DNA of 61,078 nucleotides, counting the filler, from Globobulimina sp. (taxonomy: Eukaryota), in NCBI GenBank assembly GCA_003354225.1. It is 18 parts of 18 records of this genome, joined end to end, with 100 filler letters (N's around TTAATTAATTAA, not from the genome) between each part and the next. Parts side by side here need not be neighbours in the genome. Positions count along the whole stretch, not along the records: positions 10,207 to 13,507 come from PIVH01003147.1; positions 13,608 to 16,908 come from PIVH01003148.1; positions 17,009 to 20,308 come from PIVH01003149.1; positions 20,409 to 23,707 come from PIVH01003150.1; positions 23,808 to 27,106 come from PIVH01003151.1; 13 more parts are not named here. One strand, given 5' to 3'. The notes under the pieces are model-generated. The model was not told the DNA's origin and did not search any database. It saw nothing but the letters and a program-made list of their open reading frames with translations. Made by a program: the position numbers and the translations under genes. Below, one piece after another: positions 12,786-23,953 of the stretch; positions within the stretch are counted from its first letter, which is position 1; each line of letters opens with the position of its first letter.

Positions 12786-13502
12786 TTACATATCCACAAA
12801 CATTGATATTTCCTCAAACTGTGTAGTAACCCGCACTTTTCTGCCATTTTCACGGAAAAACGTTTCCCACAGTTTTGATTGGTTACGATTCATTGTAACA
12901 CATTTTAATCTCATTCCATTCTCAAATTCTAATTGATTTGGCGATGTAATCCCTGAATTAGCAATGCTAAGATATTGTAATGTTTTGGGTATGTTTACCA
13001 GTCTTGTTACATATTTACATCCTTTCATAATAAAGTCCTCTGTCATTGTAAGAGTAGCATTGCATGCCTTGAAATCAATAACTCCTTCAATTGGATTATT
13101 AGAAATATCAACAAACTCCAAAGCGAATGGCAGACCAAATGTTTCCTCATCTAACCGCGTAAACTGATTATTAGCAATGGATAATGTTCGAATACCATCA
13201 AATAAAAACTTTTGTAATGAATCTAAATTATTGTCTTTTAATTCAACGTAACAGAATGATGGAATTTCAAATGCATTGTCAGCAATTTCCAAATATTGTA
13301 ACACCTCTTGATTTAAATACGTTTTATTGTTTAATGCGAAATAATGCCCGGACCTCTGATATTTTATTATTTCTCTATTAATCATTGGACCGATCATGTT
13401 TGAATATGTTGTTTTTATTTGTTTTTCGAAATTCTGATCAAAATGTAATCTGTTTGCGGTGCGTGCAATTGTTCCATTTTCTTTTTCTTTTTCTTGGCTC
13501 AT
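12786..13502 (-). CDS. Leucine-rich repeat protein
   Basis: LxxLxIxNN repeats: LQYLEIADNAF, IRTLSIANNQF, LEFVDISNNPI, LQYLSIANSGI. Confidence 0.8.
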   Translation of the reverse strand: MSQEKEKENGTIARTANRLHFDQNFEKQIKTTYSNMIGPMINREIIKYQRSGHYFALNNKTYLNQEVLQYLEIADNAFEIPSFCYVELKDNNLDSLQKFLFDGIRTLSIANNQFTRLDEETFGLPFALEFVDISNNPIEGVIDFKACNATLTMTEDFIMKGCKYVTRLVNIPKTLQYLSIANSGITSPNQLEFENGMRLKCVTMNRNQSKLWETFFRENGRKVRVTTQFEEISMFVDM

Positions 13503-13607
13503 AAATGNNNNNNNNNNNNNNNNNNNNNNNNNNNNNNNNNNNNNNNNNNNNTTAATTAATTAANNNNNNNNNNNNNNNNNNNNNNNNNNNNNNNNNNNNN
13601 NNNNNNN

Positions 13608-14117
13608 TAAATATGACATTGCTGCGGTACCATTGTTATAATATAATAATTGTGGATAAAATTGAGAACCGCAGTAACCTAAATTAGGATATCTATATCT
13701 ATTCAATTTGAATGATACAATAGAAGATAAAGAAAATTTTGGTTGGAAACAGTTGTCCAAATCAGTGAGAAAAGCAAAAAAATTGGATTCGTTGAAAAGA
13801 GATAGATTTGATATATGTTTTATTATATTCCAATTAATATGGAGAATAAAAGAATGATTGAATAATAATTGATTCATGTCATAATAGGAATTCTTCATAC
13901 GATATATCGATTGTCTTTGTGTTTGTGAGTAATTCCAATTCCATTCAAAGGGCAATTCGACGGTAATATTTGGCATTAGGTCAATAGGAGCTTGGTTTGG
14001 TACAAATTCTGCAATATCAATATCACCATATATTGTCAAAATGATTGTTGATGCAAACAGAGAAAAGAATACAAGCAATACACCAGTGTATATACAGACT
14101 CTTCCTATCTTTGGCAT
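13608..14117 (-). CDS. Hypothetical protein with N-terminal signal or anchor helix, 3'-incomplete
   Basis: ATG-initiated ORF running to the contig end, with hydrophobic residues 7-30. Confidence 0.5.
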
Positions 14118-14198
14118 TATCCACTACTAGCATAGCAGCTATGTGGTAAACGACAAGTTTTTGAAGTGAAGATTTTTTATAGCACAGTGGATTAAATA

Positions 14199-16144
14199 AT
14201 GTCACGTGATTATGTCAGGGAGCTTTCGATTCACATTGAAACAATAAATAAAGAGATATTTGGCAATATTATATTTGCTGAAATAACATCATTCACAATT
14301 TGTTTAAGAGAATTAATTGATGACAACATGATTTCACCAAAAGACAGATATAAAATTCTCAATGGCTATTATAATATGGACGTATATGTAGATCAAGTTT
14401 CGAGTAATCAAGCAACTTTATTATATTTTGTATTGCATCAAATTAAAAAAAACAAGATGCATTCACAAATCCCACATTTATGCTGGCAAACCTTTGATTT
14501 ATTACTTTCCAACCACGCCTTGCCAAGCATCACTCCGTTACGATCCGTCTCCGTCTCCGACAATCAATTTAATTTAAAGCAGAAAACAAAATATATTTAT
14601 TCATTTGAATTATGTCGCCATATTCGCCAAATATTGGATAAATGTGACAATGTGACTGAGATACAAACGGCACAAAAAATTATAAAAACACTCCAACATT
14701 CACTGGATAAAAATGGAAATGTTTTATTACCCGCCATTTTAACATACATTGACAAACAAAAGAATCCATCACAACATAATTATTCTAGATCTCATCACAG
14801 GTTTTCTTTGCTTTATTTTAACTGCATTTATGATGAGTTGCCGTCGTTTGATGTGTTGCAAGAATTTATTAATTCGGAAGTTTTGCACAATGAATATTTC
14901 CCTTTGATGCAATGTTGGGAATGCTGCAGTTCACAGACAAAATGTTTACGAAATTGGAGCAATATTAAAAAAAGAAAGATGACAAACATGGAGAAAGTTG
15001 ATGAGATCATGGAAGAATTGGTGACAAAGCATGGTGTTTTATGGAATATTCTGTTTATTCGAGACTTATTTGGAGATTTTATGTATAAACAAATGTTCAA
15101 TACATTGCAAACCGCCTCTTTCGAGTTGAATGAGAAATATTCATTTCCCATTTTATACGACAATGTAATTCATTCCATTCTGCGTTATTGGTTCAAATCA
15201 GATTTTTTATTTTTATATGAGGATAAAATTGAAGTTGTAATGTTGAACCGTATATTATCAAAAATACACCAAATGGATAATAAGAGCATTCATTGGTTTC
15301 TGGACAATACGATGGAAAGTATGCTACGCAAACATCACACTGCTAAATTAACATTAGATGGAAAATATTATTTCAGTTTATACAAAAAAAAGAGATATTC
15401 AGTTGATGTGTTGGAGAGATTCATATGACTGAGGCAACTATGTTGCTATCAAAAGGTATTAAAAATAAACGGATAATACAAATATGTATACAACCATAAA
15501 ATGGAAAATGTTTGTTGTGGTTAGAAAAGAATAAATAATTTATGAAAGTGGACAGTTTCAAACAAAGTAAAGATGTAAGAAATATATTGATGTATTTTGC
15601 AGTCAGTCGCAAACGAAATAGAATGTATTTTATCAAATTATTATTTAGATATTTTTTCCGAAATTGTACAGATAAAAATAAGGAACATTATTTGTGGCTA
15701 AATATGCGATTTTTTATGCAACAGTTATTGTTGAAAAAACATAATAAAAACACAAGTTACAAATTCAATTTGGAGCAGTATATGTCAGTAATATTTGCAA
15801 GTGGTAATGTTGATGGCTTTGAGCTAATTGCAATTAATAATAATTTGTTAAAAGTAACAAAATTGATTAAAAACAAGCATATCAATGAAATGATGCAATT
15901 GGTGATTCCGCGTGTAATTATTGAATATAATGAAGAAATTGTAAGGTTTTTTGAGCAAATAATAAAATGGATTGTATCAAAGTGTAATGATAATAGTAAA
16001 AATAAGAAAATAATTGAAAAATGTATGACTTTATGGTTAGAAAATTCAAAATATTGTGAAAACCAGGAATGGTATAATATATTGCGTATGTCGATGGTTC
16101 AGAATCAAATAATTGATAAGTTTGGGCAGATATTGGGAATATAA
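14199..16144 (+). CDS. Hypothetical helical protein, interrupted (intron about 15376-15548, or frameshift plus two TAA)
   Basis: 409-aa and 200-aa ORFs of similar composition in different frames. A GTTTAT...AAG intron at 15376-15548 would join them in frame. Otherwise the gene is disrupted (TAA at 15497 and 15536). Confidence 0.5.
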
Positions 16145-16177
16145 TAATGTCGTTTTTGGCGGCATGAGGTATTTGGC

Positions 16178-16412
16178 GATTAAGTGGCGCAGATATTATT
16201 AGTATTTGACTGCAAATCAAAACCAACACAAACTACACAAAATTATTGTTGAAACAATTATAATAAAACTCTCTGACCAGGAATGGTATAATATATTTTC
16301 GTTGAAAACCAGGAATGGTATAATATATTATTCAATATCAACAATAATTTTGTGTAGTTTGTGTTGGTTCTGATTTGCAGTCAAATACTAATAATATCTG
16401 CGCCACTTAATC
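16178..16412. repeat. 75-bp inverted repeat (arms 16178-16252 and 16338-16412, one mismatch)
   Basis: GATTAAGTGGCGCAGATATT...AATTATTGTTGA paired with TCAACAATAATT...GCGCCACTTAATC. Confidence 0.95.
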
Positions 16413-16604
16413 TAAATATTATTAGTGTGTATCTATTGTGTTCGTACTTTCATTGTTGATCGAACTAATTTTTTTTTACATAGCATGGATAATTTTTTTC
16501 CTTTTAATCCTCATGCTAAACTGGCCAAATATATTTGTGATTCTTACAAGACAAAAAAGTATAATTGAAAAAATGTATACAACTTATCGGCATGGGGTAT
16601 ATCG

Positions 16605-16908
16605 CCTACACTCACCACCCACACACCATGGACCCCGCACAACAGACAACTGGACTCCTCGCCGTGATGCCCCGCCCGTCGACCGCTTTTTATATGCATA
16701 GTATGGTTGTTTTAATGCATATTATGCCCCGCCCGTCGATCGGGTTTGTTACCCTTCGCACAAACTTCACGCCACCACTCACCACACACACACCCCGCCA
16801 CCGCGCACAAAAGACATATATACCCTCCACACCGCTGCCACCGCACCCCCCCACAACAAACATATATGTCCTCCTCGCCGCTGCCCTAAACTGGCCTAAC
16901 GCTCATTC
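16605..16908 (+). repeat. C-rich patch with imperfect direct repeats at the contig end
   Basis: ATGCCCCGCCCGTCGA at 16667-16682 and 16724-16739; ACTCACCAC.CACACACC...CGCACAA.AGACA at about 16609 and about 16777. Confidence 0.6.
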
Positions 16909-17136
16909 NNNNNNNNNNNNNNNNNNNNNNNNNNNNNNNNNNNNNNNNNNNNTTAATTAATTAANNNNNNNNNNNNNNNNNNNNNNNNNNNNNNNNNNNN
17001 NNNNNNNNAGTGCCTGCAGTGTATGATTCCAACTTTTGGAGTCTTCTTTATTTATCAACATTTATTGAGCCTGAAACATGCCCGAGGCTTATCTATCAAT
17101 GCTGAGAGAACACAAAATACAAATACAGAGATTATA

Positions 17137-17703
17137 TTATAGAGCCCATCGACATATAATTAATTGTGCGGAGTGTTTTGTCATTAGATTTATGAGATAA
17201 TTGTTTACAGCTTTCTGTGATTTGAATGGTTTTGGTTTATCCAGTTTTCTATCAAATTCATACCAAATATTCTCAACCTTTTTGATACATCGCCATGATC
17301 GATTAACATTAAATATTTTCAATTTAGTTTTTCTAAAATTTACCACAAATCCAACAAGATCATTTCCTATGAATTCTTTTGTTATTTCAAATAATTTCGC
17401 ATTTCGCACATCATAAAACTTTGTATTAACGCCTTCTTTTTGCAATGCAACCATTAAAACATTTGCATCATAATAACCTTGTTTCTTATTAAATTCATCT
17501 GTTGAGACTGATAACTGATATTCAATCCCATCTAAATCATTTTTTGTGTATTTATTCTGTCCCAACAACGAGTTTATAGCATATATCAAACATAATCCTT
17601 TCCCATTTTTACTAAAATCATCACCGTCATCTTCCTCACATTTGTTCTCTTTATTTTCATTATGTCCTTTATTTTTAAGCAAACCAGAAATCGCTTTAAA
17701 CAT
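17137..17703 (-). CDS. Josephin-domain (ataxin-3/JOSD-like) protein, probably catalytically inactive
   Basis: GLCLIYAINSLLG, GYYDANVLMVALQ, GFVVN, RSWRCIKKVENIWYEFDRKLDKP match the Josephin layout. The His of the HW motif is Ser. Confidence 0.8.
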   Translation of the reverse strand: MFKAISGLLKNKGHNENKENKCEEDDGDDFSKNGKGLCLIYAINSLLGQNKYTKNDLDGIEYQLSVSTDEFNKKQGYYDANVLMVALQKEGVNTKFYDVRNAKLFEITKEFIGNDLVGFVVNFRKTKLKIFNVNRSWRCIKKVENIWYEFDRKLDKPKPFKSQKAVNNYLINLMTKHSAQLIICRWAL

Positions 17704-17749
17704 TATTTCAAACTAAGTTTTTTTCAGTAAGTATATATACTTTTGAATC

Positions 17750-18913
17750 ATGTCAGAACCAGATACATTATTCGAACAATTTAAAAACAGCATCCTAAAA
17801 TCCCTCAAATCACCATCACCAAATGTACTTAATTTCTTTTCTATTTCCATCACATACAACATACATAAAAAACAACAACAACCCCAGACTACACGCAAAA
17901 GAAAACTAAGTGATTTTGATACAGACTCAAGCTCAGATCTTGATGAGTCAGACATATTCGAACCAACATTCAAAAAATCACGCTCTTCAAATCATAACAA
18001 CCAAACGGACATTGACGAAGATGACGAATTCAATGAACTATTTGACATTAAACAACCAAATAAACCCACCACAACATGCCACCACCACCGAGGGAGATAT
18101 TTTAATGTCGATGATAGCGATGAAAAGGAGATAGATCCCATGGAAATAACGGATAAAAAACCAACCCAAAGACCTAGAAACATAACATTTAAATGTTACA
18201 ACTGCGACGAATCGGGCCATATTGCCCGTAACTGTCCGTATGAAACCATCGAAATATGTTTTAAATGCGGACAATCCGGACATTCTGGATTTTATTGCGA
18301 AAATAATATATGTTCATTGTGTTTAAAATCGCATCCCATTCATGAATGTAATTTATTTGTGCCGAACAAGAACATTTTTCGTTTTTGTATTCGTTGTGGA
18401 TCAAAGGAGCATTATGTAAATCACTGCGATGTGCTGTTAACTCATCGCTTGACATCATTGCAGTGTTTTGTCTGTGGAAAATACGGACATTTAAATTGTA
18501 AAACGTTTTCCAATCAATATCAGGCGAAACGGATTCAATTATGTTCAAATTGTGGCGATGAAGGACATACGGTTTATTTTTGCAAACATTTGAAAATGAA
18601 CAAAGCTGAAATTGCCATTGGTTTAACCACAGCGCCAAATGAACCAAACATTTGTTTTCATTGTAATGGCGCCGGCCATGTCGCGAGGAATTGTCCGCTG
18701 GTTATTCGACAAAAGCAACAGAGGAAGAAAATAAATAAACATAAGTTTCGTTATCGAGCAAATTCAAATTCAACTTCAACCTCAAAGTTATCGAGCAAAC
18801 TGAAACAGAAACAGCTGAATCATAATCAGAAAAGAACCAGTAAAAAAAATAAAACTGAAATTGATTTGATTCAACAACGTAATCCGCCGTTTCTCAAAAT
18901 GCATGATTTTTAG
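17750..18913 (+). CDS. CCHC zinc-knuckle protein, AIR1/AIR2/ZCCHC7-like
   Basis: About seven CX2CX3-4HX2-4C knuckles (CYNCDESGHIARNC, CFKCGQSGHSGFYC, CIRCGSKEHYVNHC, CSNCGDEGHTVYFC, CFHCNGAGHVARNC) after an acidic N-terminus. Confidence 0.8.
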   Translation: MSEPDTLFEQFKNSILKSLKSPSPNVLNFFSISITYNIHKKQQQPQTTRKRKLSDFDTDSSSDLDESDIFEPTFKKSRSSNHNNQTDIDEDDEFNELFDIKQPNKPTTTCHHHRGRYFNVDDSDEKEIDPMEITDKKPTQRPRNITFKCYNCDESGHIARNCPYETIEICFKCGQSGHSGFYCENNICSLCLKSHPIHECNLFVPNKNIFRFCIRCGSKEHYVNHCDVLLTHRLTSLQCFVCGKYGHLNCKTFSNQYQAKRIQLCSNCGDEGHTVYFCKHLKMNKAEIAIGLTTAPNEPNICFHCNGAGHVARNCPLVIRQKQQRKKINKHKFRYRANSNSTSTSKLSSKLKQKQLNHNQKRTSKKNKTEIDLIQQRNPPFLKMHDF

Positions 18914-19007
18914 TGGCAACTCATTTAATTTTCTCCTTGCACAACAGAGAGAGTATGCCATCATTAAATAAAAAGATTTTTATCTTAAAACTTCACTCTG
19001 ATTCACA

Positions 19008-20308
19008 ATGCCCAAACGACGAAGAGGCGCTAGAAAACGCAAAAATAACGATGACACAGGACCGCCACATAAGAAACAACGGACGGCCGCACATACCATC
19101 ACCATCCCACACCCACAGCCATCACATTCAAACTCGAACTCACATTCTCAAAAACAATCATCATCCAATTCACATTCAAACACAAATACCAACCACAAAA
19201 ATCACAATAAAAACCACAACCATAACCATAAGAATCGCAATAATAATTATAGCCAACACAAAGCAACAAAACAATTAAACACTAAAAACATAGTTCCATT
19301 TAAAAAACAGAAGCGAGTGATACAAATTGGTCAAAGTTTAAAAGAATATCAAGTCGCCGATTTAATGCTATTTGAATTTTTTCGCAAAAGATACTCCAAA
19401 ATATGGACCAAATATAACAGTGCGTTATTAAAACAGCAGCAAGAAAGCAAAAATCAAGAAGAAAAACAGGAAGATATCCAGGCAGATTTTGCCAATTCGG
19501 AGGAAGAAAACGAGGGTAAAACGTTGGACATAGACACAGAAACAGCTATTAATGAGAAACAGGAACAGGAATTAGATGAAAGTGAGGATATTTGCAGTAT
19601 ATTTGTAGACAATTTTGGCATCAATGACTTTGATAATTTAATATTTTTTTTGAAAAACAACAAGATTGCTATCAGAATGGAGTATATTTTTTTTTCTTCT
19701 TTTTTATACATTTCAGATTTCTTCACTGTTAAAATAAAGAGCATTCATTTTGAGCGGTATTTCGATCATTATCCGGCTTTAATTCCTTATGAAATGTTTG
19801 ATAAATGGTTGTCGCTAAATATATTCACACAAAATAATAAAAAAGAACTAAAAATGTCGATCAGTGCACATTTGAATAAATATCGAAAGGTATCCTTTGG
19901 TGAAAAGAAGAAAATAATTTTGTGCCTTCAAAAATGTGTGCAACGGATTAAAAGATTCAGTTTATGTAAAAACATAAACGATAATTATAATAGCTTGGAT
20001 TTGAGCGATTTGTGTGTTAAAAAAAGTGGACGTTTATTGAGGAATAATGGGGAAAGAATCATCATTGACAATGATAATAATAATATTTGTGAAAACATTC
20101 GCGAATTAAACGAGAATTATTTGCAAATATATTGGGAGGGATTCAAGACATTAAATATTAAATTGAATGAAGATTATAATGCATTTATTGATAAATATGT
20201 ATTGAAGGAAATTACGTCGGTGATAAATTATTATTTTTGTAAATGCAATGCGGAGAATTTGAATAAAAGCGAGTTGCAATGTATTGCATATAGCAAATTC
20301 ATGTATAT
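19008..20308 (+). CDS. Hypothetical nuclear protein, 3'-incomplete
   Basis: ORF of over 430 aa with basic NLS-like start MPKRRRGARKRK and an H/N/S low-complexity tract. Confidence 0.6.
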
Positions 20309-20554
20309 NNNNNNNNNNNNNNNNNNNNNNNNNNNNNNNNNNNNNNNNNNNNTTAATTAATTAANNNNNNNNNNNNNNNNNNNNNNNNNNNNNNNNNNNN
20401 NNNNNNNNAGGATTTGGAATTGATTTTCGAGTTGATTTATATATCCCCAAATACCAATAAACTGTGCTCAAAACATGCGGACATACAAAAAAAAACATTC
20501 AAGTCAGACTAGTTCACGATTAACGATGATGAGGATTATGCTCTAAATTAAATA

Positions 20555-22135
20555 TTATATAGCGATGTAATCATTGCATTTTTGGTTTCGTTTGCGATAA
20601 ACACAATGACACACCGAAACAGAGAGCAACGCAATGCATAACACCGCAACAATGGAATAGATTGCATTATTACTTTGTTGCTGTATATGAAGAACATGTC
20701 CATTGAGCATAACCGGATTGGTACCATCAATATCATCATGTTGAGTAAATCTCAAATCATCCCTATAAATATGCGACTTATCCACAGTTCCTTGGACTAA
20801 ACCAAATGGACAATCATGCGGACACCACTGCGGATCACCAGTACTTGCAAAAAATGTAACTTGTGCATCATTTAGAATGCCACCAATTTGTATGGTAAAG
20901 CCTGTTGGTTGAATTACCCATAAACCATACGTATATTGCACAGTATTACCACCTCCATATTGATCTAATTCATATTTTGTATGAAGCGAGGAATGCTCGT
21001 ATTCATTTTTGCCAACTCCATACTTAATATCCTTGTGCCAATGGTTCAAATTAAAATATATTTTATCCATTAAGCCATCAATATTCCACACTGAATATGC
21101 AAAATGATTATCCATCCATCGGTTCTGTCCACAATACGGTGAAACAATTATACTTTGATGCGTTTCCATCAATAAACTCTCAAATTTAGCCACAGTCAAA
21201 TCGCCAAAGGTTTCACTATGCGAAGATTCCACAAATTGCAGTTCGATTTGGGTGCCTAATAAATGCATAAAAAGTGTTCTGGTTTGAGAATGACGAGAAT
21301 GAGCGTAGTAAATTAACTGCGTCTCAAGGACATTGGTATAAAAATCATATACTTTGTCAATATCAGCAGTAGCCTGCGATATTCGTATTGGTACAATGCT
21401 TGCTCCGTCATATCTGTTCCATGGGTATGGATTGCTCATTGTTTTGAAAGTACATCTCGGAATATCCACATCGCCCTCTATCCATTTCATATTATTGTAC
21501 AGTTCAATGGAGGGTTTGGTGTAGGATATAAATTCGAAATTGCTGGCAGATTGAGGTGAATGTACTAATATTGAATAGAACTTAGCGTCTTCAAAATTGA
21601 TATCATTGATATAGATGTCATATAATTGCCATTCAATACCAAAATACTCTAAATTGAGGTGTGTATTTGCAATGGATTGCAACTGCCAATGTAATATATA
21701 TTCATCCAATGATTTGACCCAAAATGCCATATTATAATCAAAAAATGCATCATAATCCAGAGGGTGATTAGTGTCCAACGCATACTTCCATTTTTCACTC
21801 ACTTTTTGTTCGAATGTATCAATATATAATAACCCCTCGTCATATAGATAGGTTTGGGGTGCATGCAGTTTGAAGCATGTGTATGGTAGCTCCAGTTTGC
21901 ATTGATAGGCACATTCGCCATTATGGAATTTTGTGGCGCCTTCGTCATGAATCTGTGGGAATATATTATAATAATTTCCACAGTCACGCTGCGAATCAGA
22001 TGATGCCACGGTGTGTTTGAATATAGTAAATGGGGCATCACATGTACCATATTGCTGAGAGTATAGAGATTTACTCAGAAATAATAGTGTTATGTAAATT
22101 GTAAAATATGATTTCAGCAACACTGACGGAGCCAT
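20555..22135 (-). CDS. Secreted or type-I membrane protein with glyoxalase/VOC-like segment
   Basis: Signal peptide, C-terminal TM helix, and segment RISQATADIDKVYDFYTNVL...QIELQFVE...NHFAY resembling the VOC beta-alpha-beta pattern. Confidence 0.6.
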   Translation of the reverse strand: MAPSVLLKSYFTIYITLLFLSKSLYSQQYGTCDAPFTIFKHTVASSDSQRDCGNYYNIFPQIHDEGATKFHNGECAYQCKLELPYTCFKLHAPQTYLYDEGLLYIDTFEQKVSEKWKYALDTNHPLDYDAFFDYNMAFWVKSLDEYILHWQLQSIANTHLNLEYFGIEWQLYDIYINDINFEDAKFYSILVHSPQSASNFEFISYTKPSIELYNNMKWIEGDVDIPRCTFKTMSNPYPWNRYDGASIVPIRISQATADIDKVYDFYTNVLETQLIYYAHSRHSQTRTLFMHLLGTQIELQFVESSHSETFGDLTVAKFESLLMETHQSIIVSPYCGQNRWMDNHFAYSVWNIDGLMDKIYFNLNHWHKDIKYGVGKNEYEHSSLHTKYELDQYGGGNTVQYTYGLWVIQPTGFTIQIGGILNDAQVTFFASTGDPQWCPHDCPFGLVQGTVDKSHIYRDDLRFTQHDDIDGTNPVMLNGHVLHIQQQSNNAIYSIVAVLCIALLSVSVCHCVYRKRNQKCNDYIAI

Positions 22136-22304
22136 GTTTAAGGATGACTACTTAGTAGAAAATGAAATGATAAAATGTTTAGTAGAAAAAAAACAAATTA
22201 ATTCAAGCCTGTCGCTTTGATTTAATTCGGTGATAAAGTTCTCGATACGACACATAAGAAAACCAAATATGTGCCAAAATGGACAGTTCGCCAACATATG
22301 AGTG

Positions 22305-23397
22305 TTACTGTATTCTACATTTATCATTTTCTATCAATAACCGGAAATCCTGTTCAATTGCAGCATAGCTAAATATTTCACAACATATCTCTTTTGGCAA
22401 TATCTTATTAACCTCACTTATATAATAATAATAGCTCTCATAAATCCAATAATTATTTTGTTCTAAAAATCTGTTTCTCACTTTAAATGAAAAGGGCATA
22501 AAATATTTACTCACTGTTGAATCCACCAACATATTGAATAAATTGGATAGAAATATGCCACTCAATAATACATATTTAAAGTCGATATCATTCCAAATGA
22601 ATTTATTCAACATTTTATTGACTATTCCAACAATCCAACCGTAGATTTTATCCATTCGATATTGCTCATAGTTTCTCATTCGAACATACAATTTACGAGC
22701 AATTACAAACGATGTACCACCTTTTATTAATTGAAAAGGATAATTAACAAATATAAATAAATAATGTACTTCATATACCTGCAGCCAATCTGACAAAAGT
22801 TGCAATTTGCAATGCTTTATCTTTATAAATATCACCAACAGTGACTTTCTTATACATTTTATACAAAAATAAGGCGCCAACAGCAAATAGCGGGGCGGAT
22901 ATCCAATATTTCAGTGACCATAAAATTACTCTGTATGTGCCTGCAACCGTGACAATAAGCGATGTGATTGAGCCAATGTGATAAATAAATCTTTTTACAC
23001 CAACACGGATGCCATCACTTTGAGATTTTATATTTAAATTTTTATTTCTCAACACATAAATTATTGGCAATCCAAATCCTAATAAAGCACTAATCGCACA
23101 ATTCTTTAATATGTTGTCATTGACTGTTTTTGTTTTAATTCTGTCAAATATCATTTCTGTCGCATAATGGATTGCATCTATTCCTGCAAATGGCGCTATT
23201 AATAATGGTAATTCTGTGGTGATTAAATCCATTTTGTTTATGCTGGTCTGTTGACTGAATATTTGTATTTCATCGCGTTTAGAATTAGATAGTGATTGTT
23301 TGAAATGAATTAATCCAATCGCGGATATTGTAATTACTGCTCCGTACAAATACACTCTTTTATTTGCACCCAAAAATTTACTCAATGTTGATGGCAT
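22305..23397 (-). CDS. Multi-pass membrane protein, 2 exons (intron 22721-22778)
   Basis: A 58-bp GTATAT...AAAAG intron joins ORF 22771-23397 to ORF 22305-22886 in frame (LAA-G-GTSF). C-terminal ILPKEICCEIFSY box. Confidence 0.7.
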
Positions 23398-23953
23398 GCT
23401 TCAAGAATATCTAAGCGAGGAAAACTTTCTTACAATGGTTCAGTGCAAGCTAGTGTTTTGTTGATATTTTAGTATTAAAACAATATGATTTATTCACAAA
23501 TAATATGACTACAGTACAACGAATTGAAAACACATGGAAACAGTTTGCGAGCGCATGAATGAGCTATGAGTTTACATCTTTATCAATGTTATGACGGTAT
23601 ATGTGTTGAGACAGTGATTGAATGATATTTGTATGCATGTAAAGAATGTTATTGTTTGAAAAGTATTGTTTTTATGATTTGTGTTTCCTTCACTTAACTT
23701 GTCGGATNNNNNNNNNNNNNNNNNNNNNNNNNNNNNNNNNNNNNNNNNNNNTTAATTAATTAANNNNNNNNNNNNNNNNNNNNNNNNNNNNNNNNNNNNN
23801 NNNNNNNTTATTATGATTTAATATATATATAACATAAAAAAAAACTCTGTGGGAAAATATACATTTCATTTGCTGAAAATAGTGGTTGGACTTGGAACTA
23901 ATGAATGATTCAACGTTATTTCATAGACAACAAATACAATCAATGCCATGACA

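Noticed and set aside
22305-23397. Overlapping ORFs suggesting a programmed frameshift
   Set aside because: A canonical 58-bp GT-AG intron (22721-22778) joins them in frame.
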